A stretch of DNA of 64,000 bases from positions 4,520-68,519 of the forward strand of contig CAYUIR010000001.1 in the NCBI GenBank assembly GCA_964444815.1, written 5' to 3'. The number at the start of each line of letters is the position of its first letter. Positions within the stretch are counted from its first letter, which is position 1. The translations under genes were made by a program, and so were the position numbers. The notes under the pieces are model-generated. The model was given only the letters and a program-made list of their open reading frames with translations, searched no databases and was not told the DNA's origin. Shown in pieces: positions 58,839-64,000 of the stretch. The stretch comes from an uncultured Bdellovibrionales bacterium (lineage in GTDB: Bacteria; Patescibacteriota; Minisyncoccia; Moranbacterales; UBA1568).

Positions 58839-58997
58839 CTACCGGGTGATGGCCAGTGCAGACGTGAGACGGCGTCTGGCGTCTTCTGCGAGCAGAGCAT
58901 TGTGGGCAATCTGTCGACGCCACTGTTCGCTCCCTGTAACGAGGTTGGACCACCACTCAAAGGACCAGAGCCACAGGGACAAAGGAGTAGGTATCAT
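58839..58997 (-). CDS. Small Trp-rich protein (52 aa)
   Basis: MIPTPLSLWLWSFEWWSNLVTGSEQWRRQIAHNALLAEDARRRLTSALAITR; SD GGGAG, promoter TTGCAT-17-TACACT (59067-59039), terminator. Confidence 0.55.
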   Translation of the reverse strand: MIPTPLSLWLWSFEWWSNLVTGSEQWRRQIAHNALLAEDARRRLTSALAITR

Positions 58998-59073
58998 CTT
59001 CGTCTCCCAATCGCACCAGGGTGGCGCGTCATGCCTTGAGTGTAGTCCCAAGCGAAAAAGGATGCAAGACCCT

Positions 59074-60549
59074 CTAAGATCCTCTTCGTAGGAGCTTCTG
59101 GAGCGGGGCGATATCAGTGTCACTGAGCTCCTTCACCAGACGGAGGTAGACGAAGTAGAGGGCAAAAAGGAAGCCACCTGAGAGGAAAAAGGAGATCGGA
59201 CCGTGAGGCAGGTATGGAGCTATAAGGGCAATCATAAGCGTGCCAAGGAGCGAGAGGAGGACGGTTCGTAAGGAGAGCTTCACATAAAAGTGTCGAGCGG
59301 TCGCCACCAGGATAGCAACCATGAGAAAAAAAGAAGTAATGGTCGTCGAGAGCGCCGCGCCGACGAGCCCAAAGACCGGGATCAAGAAGAGATTGAAGAG
59401 AATCATGAGGAGAAATCCGCCAGAGGCGAGATACATGGGAATTTTGACTAATCCAGCGCCATTTAGGGCAAAGGAGAGGACGTAAAAGACGGTGAGGAAT
59501 CCGACTCCAACCGCAAAAACACTCATGGGAGCGAGGGCCTCGGCATAACGGGCGCCATAGAAGAAATGAAGGACCTGAGATCCAAAGGCTATGAGAAGCG
59601 TTACCATCGGAAAGAGGAGAAAGGTCATGAGACGGAGAGAGCGGTTGACGAGGCTCTCGGTGCCAGCTGTGTCCGCTTCAGCCGTGGTTTTGGAGATAGC
59701 GGGGAGGAGGATGATAGTGAGCGCGTAAAAGAGGAAATAAGGGATGCGTCCGACGGTGATGGCGGCGTTGTAGATGCCGGTTAGGTAGTCACTACCGAGC
59801 ATACTCTTCACAAAGTAGAGGTCGAGGGTGAGGATAAGTTCATAGAAAAGGAGAAATGCAGTCAGTGGTCCCGCGTAGGCGAGGATGGTTTTGCCTGAGA
59901 AGAGCTCTACTTCTTTGCGTCTAGTGTCTCTTAGAGTTGGGAAATAGCGATGGGTGACCAAGAGGTCAAAGAGGATAGCTATCCCAAAGACAAAGAGCGG
60001 GGCGATGATATAGCCTGTGATGGCTCCTTCAACCCCAAAGATTGAGGCGAGAAGAACGATAAAGACCACCCGGCTGATTGCTCGCAGGGTTTTGAGGGCC
60101 GCTTGAACTCGGAAGAAGTGGAGCCCAGTAAAGTAGTAGAAATAAAACGAGGCGGCAGCAAAGGCGGGGATAATTAGTGAGGAGAGCTGAAAGAGCGGCG
60201 TAAGCGATGGATCGCGGAGGACCCAAGCAATAAGCGGTGACGCGAAGAAGAAAACGGCGGTCACTGAGAGCATGAGGATGGCCTGGAGGCGGAGCGCTTG
60301 GTACTTGATGCCGAGGATTTTCCCCGGGGCGGACTCAAAGATCTCGCTTAGGTATTTGGACATGGCCGTGGGGATGCCGTTTCCGATCAGGATGATAATC
60401 ATGGTGGTGAGCGTCACCACGAGACCATAGCGACCATACTCCTCAGGGCCGAGGATGCGGCCGAGTGACGACTGGATGATGTAGCCACCGATGTTGTAGA
60501 TGACCTCTGAGAGGGTCAACCACACCAATGCTTGAGAGAATTTTTTCAT
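59074..60549 (-). CDS. MOP-family polysaccharide flippase
   Basis: RILGPEEYGRY, GIPTAMSKY, GIYNAA, LLPAIS, LIPVFGLVGAA; ~14 TM. Confidence 0.9.
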   Translation of the reverse strand: MKKFSQALVWLTLSEVIYNIGGYIIQSSLGRILGPEEYGRYGLVVTLTTMIIILIGNGIPTAMSKYLSEIFESAPGKILGIKYQALRLQAILMLSVTAVFFFASPLIAWVLRDPSLTPLFQLSSLIIPAFAAASFYFYYFTGLHFFRVQAALKTLRAISRVVFIVLLASIFGVEGAITGYIIAPLFVFGIAILFDLLVTHRYFPTLRDTRRKEVELFSGKTILAYAGPLTAFLLFYELILTLDLYFVKSMLGSDYLTGIYNAAITVGRIPYFLFYALTIILLPAISKTTAEADTAGTESLVNRSLRLMTFLLFPMVTLLIAFGSQVLHFFYGARYAEALAPMSVFAVGVGFLTVFYVLSFALNGAGLVKIPMYLASGGFLLMILFNLFLIPVFGLVGAALSTTITSFFLMVAILVATARHFYVKLSLRTVLLSLLGTLMIALIAPYLPHGPISFFLSGGFLFALYFVYLRLVKELSDTDIAPLQKLLRRGS

Positions 60550-60562
60550 ACTATGTTGTTAC

Positions 60563-60750
60563 ACGTTCTCTTTAAAATCTTCCTTTTCCTACCCTTGCGT
60601 ATCCGTCGAACATTTCTTTGCTCGCTTCGCCGAACGGGGAGCTGTCTTGTACCGAGGTGTCAATCACGCTCGACCGTTACCGGCACGCTCACAAGAAATG
60701 TTACCGACGTCACATCGGGAGTACAGAAAAGAAAGATTTCAAGAGAACGT
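60563..60750. repeat. 188-bp imperfect fold-back element (repeat family copy B)
   Basis: ACGTTCTCTTTAAAATCTT / AAGATTTCAAGAGAACGT ends; CGTCGAACATTTCTTTG / CACAAGAAATGTTACCGACG inner arms; right arm homologous to 8479-8541. Confidence 0.8.
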
Positions 60751-60756
60751 CCCGTC

Positions 60757-61380
60757 TCAAACATTTAATTTCCGTGTGATTTCTTGAAAAATACTTTCTT
60801 TGCTCTGATGAGCGTCGATCACGATCAAATCCCACTCGGCGGTACGATTTTTGAAGAGTTCCATCTTGGCACGGAGGTAGTCGATGCCTTGCTCTGGGGC
60901 ACGCTCACGAGTCATGATAGCTTCTGGAGTGAGGTCAAAGTAGAAACAGACATCGCCCTTGGGCGTATACTTCGCGAGCCATGCGATACCCAAGCGGATA
61001 GGCCGAAAGAAGAATCGGACGTCTCGTGCGAGATACTCGAGATTCACGACAGAGTCGTAGAATGAACGATCGGACAAGAGGTAATCATACCCTTGCCCCT
61101 CGAGTGATCGGCGGAGAAACATAAAGCGAATCATATCGATCAAAAGAAACTTCTCGCGGAGCACAAGAGACAGCCAGGAGGCCTTTGTAACAGCCTTTTC
61201 TTGGCCAGGTTCGAAATGCTTCTTTCCGTGCAAACATCTCGAAATTTTATTGGCCAACGAAAATTCAACCGCATGAAAATATGCCACTTTCTTGCCTGAT
61301 TGTTCCAGTTTGCTGCGGAGGAGTTCGAGCTGAGTGGATTTACCCGACCCATCGACTCCAGAAAGCGTAATGAACCGCAT
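60757..61380 (-). CDS. Thymidylate-kinase-like P-loop kinase
   Basis: ITLSGVDGSGKSTQ, LSDRSFYD, FYFDLTPE..R; lacks the REPGG segment; ATG 61380. Confidence 0.82.
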   Translation of the reverse strand: MRFITLSGVDGSGKSTQLELLRSKLEQSGKKVAYFHAVEFSLANKISRCLHGKKHFEPGQEKAVTKASWLSLVLREKFLLIDMIRFMFLRRSLEGQGYDYLLSDRSFYDSVVNLEYLARDVRFFFRPIRLGIAWLAKYTPKGDVCFYFDLTPEAIMTRERAPEQGIDYLRAKMELFKNRTAEWDLIVIDAHQSKESIFQEITRKLNV

Positions 61381-61384
61381 GACG

Positions 61385-62890
61385 TTAGTACATGATGACT
61401 GAGATAGGCTCAAGTTTGACGACAGGCTTGACGACATTATTTGCGACGACGCTTTCAATGACATCTTCGGCACGTTTGTAGTGCGATGAATCCTGTTCGA
61501 TTACCTTGGAGGAGCGACCATTGTAGAGTTTAACACCCCGGGTAGCCAATTTCTCATGGAGAGCTTCTTTACTCTCTGGTACGACATCGTCTGATTTCTT
61601 GACTGACTTACCAGCTCCGTGATTACAGGAGTAAAAGCTCGAGTCATTACCGTCTTGGCCGACGCAGAGATAGGCCTCGGTACTCATGGAGGTCGGAATA
61701 AAAGCCGGCTCGCCAGTGTCCTTGAATGTCGGGTGAGTGGTCATGCGACTTGGACCATAGGCGCGACTGGTGCCATTGCGGTGCACCCACACATTCTTAC
61801 CGTAGTGTTCTTCTTGGGAAACAAGGATATGAGGCATGTCGTAGAGGAGATCGGCCTCGATGGTCCTCCCCAGCACTTTCTCGGCCGTAGTGATGAAATT
61901 ATGCGTGATGGTGGCACGGTTGGCGTGAGCAAAGTTGGAGCACGCGCGTCTTGCTGCCATATAGAGCCGGCCGTCTTCGCCAGCGCCATCAAAGGTGATG
62001 AGTGGTTCAGCCTTGCCAAAATCCGAGGCACGAATCTTGTCGGCTATACGAGCGATCGTTTTCTTGAAAGGAGTGAGCCAGAAGAAGCGACCAATGTTCA
62101 TGAGGATGGCCGTCGAGAGGTGCTCACGCTTTTTGGCGGTAAACATGTACATTGTGTACTGACCGAGGATGCCTGAGCCACAGTGAACCATGAGGATGTA
62201 CTGGCCTTTGCGGAGGTTGAATCGCGCTGCTACCTCTGGGTCAACGACGTCAGTCACCTTCATGAGATCGAGGAAGTGGTTGCCGGCTGCGCCGATGATG
62301 CCCGAGCGGAACTGAGCAAAAAAGAGAAAGAGGGGCGGGATGATATTCATGATGCCCCGACGGGTAGGCGCCTCGTCAAAGAAGTTGCCTCGGTCAATGC
62401 TGTTCTCCGCTTCGTGTTTCGTCTTGATGCCGAGGTACTCGATGAGGGGAGCGATACCGAGGCGGCCGATATCGACAATCACTCGGAAAGGAAGGACTGT
62501 GCCGACTACTTTTTTGGTCGGGACCGTCTTGGTTGCTTTCTGGAAAATTCGGTCTATTTCCTCTGGGGTAATATTGGTGTCATAGAGGTCGAGCCGGACG
62601 AGACGCATCCCACAGGCCGGGTCACTGTCGTTCACCTGGGGAAGGATGTACTGCTCGGAAGCGACTGTGGTGCCCGTGGCGTTTTTGCGACCGGGCTTGG
62701 AGTGTACATCCGCCATGGCCGCGACGTGATGAAAGATGCAACCATTGGCTGCCACGCTCTCCAGTTGTTTCATGGTCTCGTCACCGGGCATGAGCTTGTC
62801 ACCCACATGAAAAACAACCGGAACTTTCATCTTGTCCGTTTTGAATTCGCTTTTATGAGGGGAGAGTTTAGTAATATTTGATTCGTACAT
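61385..62890 (-). CDS. rtcB: RtcB-family protein, divergent paralog
   Basis: MADVH, DPACGMRL, GNHFLD, VHCGS, NFAHANR, YDMPH, VHRNG, PTSMS, SCNHGAG, HYK; ATG 62890 preferred. Confidence 0.9.
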   Translation of the reverse strand: MYESNITKLSPHKSEFKTDKMKVPVVFHVGDKLMPGDETMKQLESVAANGCIFHHVAAMADVHSKPGRKNATGTTVASEQYILPQVNDSDPACGMRLVRLDLYDTNITPEEIDRIFQKATKTVPTKKVVGTVLPFRVIVDIGRLGIAPLIEYLGIKTKHEAENSIDRGNFFDEAPTRRGIMNIIPPLFLFFAQFRSGIIGAAGNHFLDLMKVTDVVDPEVAARFNLRKGQYILMVHCGSGILGQYTMYMFTAKKREHLSTAILMNIGRFFWLTPFKKTIARIADKIRASDFGKAEPLITFDGAGEDGRLYMAARRACSNFAHANRATITHNFITTAEKVLGRTIEADLLYDMPHILVSQEEHYGKNVWVHRNGTSRAYGPSRMTTHPTFKDTGEPAFIPTSMSTEAYLCVGQDGNDSSFYSCNHGAGKSVKKSDDVVPESKEALHEKLATRGVKLYNGRSSKVIEQDSSHYKRAEDVIESVVANNVVKPVVKLEPISVIMY

Positions 62891-62929
62891 AGAGATTTTG
62901 GTGAGTTTCACGGAAATTCTTCATGCGGG

Positions 62930-62994
62930 ACGCTCCCTCCAGAGGCGGGCAGGCATCAGATATGTGACCGGCCTTCACCCGGAGAAAGAAAAAA
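62930..62994. repeat. Dispersed intergenic repeat, copy C
   Basis: 29-nt identity to 8494-8522, continuing ATGTGACCG..CACCC..GAGAAAGAAAAAA similarity. Confidence 0.85.
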
Positions 62995-63022
62995 TTCTTT
63001 TGCAGGGATGCTGAGCGGCAGA

Positions 63023-64000
63023 TCAAAGCGATGAATATATTTCACTATATTGCTTGGCAGTATTTTTGAGGTCAAAGTGGTCTTTGACGTAGCGACGGGC
63101 ATTGTCGCCGAGACGGTGCTGTTCTTCGATATTATCCTTTAGATAAGCCAAAGATTCGATGAGTTTATCACCAGAATCTTTCGGGATTGTAACACAAATA
63201 TCAGGGTTTGTAAATTCAGCAAACTGGGGGAGATTGGAGAGGATAACTGGTTTACCGCAGGCATAAGCCTCGATGATGATAAGTGGGACATCAAACTTTC
63301 CTTTGAGATTTTCAACCGGAAAGATGACGACATCCGCGGTGTTGTAGAGCGAGGGCATATCGGTCGTAGCGCTCTGTTCGTCGAAGAGAATATGCTTTTC
63401 TAGGCCCGCGCTTTTTACTCTGGCCCTGATGTCTTCGCGCTTGGCGCGGTCGGCTTCATTTTTGATCCGACAGGCAAAGAGAAACTTCATGTTGGACTCG
63501 GGGTGTTCGGTGAAATAACGGAGAAACGTCTCAGCGAGCATGTCGGTGGCACCGAGGCGAGTGTATTCGCCGGGGTAGATAACCAAGAAGTCATCGGGAG
63601 TGAGGCCGTAGGTCGCGAGAACAGCCGGATTCTTATCTCTGGGTTGGTAGAGGTCGAGGTCGATGCCAGGGTAGATGCGGCTGACGTTCCGAAAGCCGAG
63701 TGCCTCGAGCTTGTTCTTGGTGCGGTCGGTATAGACGATAATCCGATCAGCAAAGAGGAGGGAACGGAGTTCTGTGGGCGTGTAGAGGTCTTCACGGAGC
63801 GTCGCTACCGTCTGGAGGGTACGTCCGGTTGGTCGTGCTAGCCATTTGATGAGGTTGGTGTTTTGTTTGGTCGGGGTAAAGAGATAGTGAGTGACATCAT
63901 AGTCCCGTCTGGTCCGGCGGAGATAGGCGAGCAGGCGGAGCTTGGTCGCTAGGTCAAAGTGGCCATGAGAAAAGATACGCTCTTCATGAGCACTCGCCGG
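63023..64000 (-). CDS. Glycosyltransferase family 4, 5' end outside window
   Basis: Frame open from 64000 (PASAHEERIF...IYPGIDL...); YNTADVVIFP..GKFDVPLIIIEAYACGKPVI. Confidence 0.88.
   Translation of the reverse strand, partial: PASAHEERIFSHGHFDLATKLRLLAYLRRTRRDYDVTHYLFTPTKQNTNLIKWLARPTGRTLQTVATLREDLYTPTELRSLLFADRIIVYTDRTKNKLEALGFRNVSRIYPGIDLDLYQPRDKNPAVLATYGLTPDDFLVIYPGEYTRLGATDMLAETFLRYFTEHPESNMKFLFACRIKNEADRAKREDIRARVKSAGLEKHILFDEQSATTDMPSLYNTADVVIFPVENLKGKFDVPLIIIEAYACGKPVILSNLPQFAEFTNPDICVTIPKDSGDKLIESLAYLKDNIEEQHRLGDNARRYVKDHFDLKNTAKQYSEIYSSL

Noticed and set aside
60757-62890. Canonical RNA-repair or anti-phage system (Pnkp-like kinase + ligase)
   Set aside because: RtcB needs a 5'-OH, so a 5'-kinase would oppose it; no Hen1/RtcA/archease; neighbours are glycan genes. 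Not fully excluded.
1-64000. CRISPR array, tRNA, rRNA, transposase, integrase
   Set aside because: No regularly spaced repeats, cloverleaf motifs or DDE/tyrosine-recombinase signatures seen by eye.

Overview
Bacterial chromosomal segment, probably from a CPR/Patescibacteria genome (inference: short ProRS without editing domain, archaeal-type PyrH, reduced RNase P RNA, mostly SD-less starts, many GT-C-type membrane proteins). The left end carries an alpha/beta hydrolase (runs off the window), then proS-pyrH-ispH-riboflavin kinase-ribE-ribH and an ABC-F gene. The remaining ~55 kb is a very large cell-surface glycosylation region (GT2/GT4/GT-C enzymes, flippases, nucleotide-sugar enzymes, methyltransferases, AsnB) interrupted by rnpB. 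Most unusual elements: (1) an RtcB-fold protein that keeps its metal ligands and catalytic His but has altered guanine/RNA-binding residues, in a GT4 -> RtcB -> TMK-like kinase -> flippase run, suggesting RNA-ligase chemistry repurposed for glycans; (2) a 936-aa nucleotidyltransferase-YvcK/CofD-GT2 triple fusion in a GtrA/GT-C module; (3) ~187-bp fold-back intergenic elements and a dispersed repeat family; (4) several self-contained ORFan cassettes with promoter, strong SD and terminator; (5) heptamer microrepeats in GT-B linkers. No tRNA, rRNA, CRISPR array or transposase was seen. All family calls come from motif recognition by eye, not database searches.
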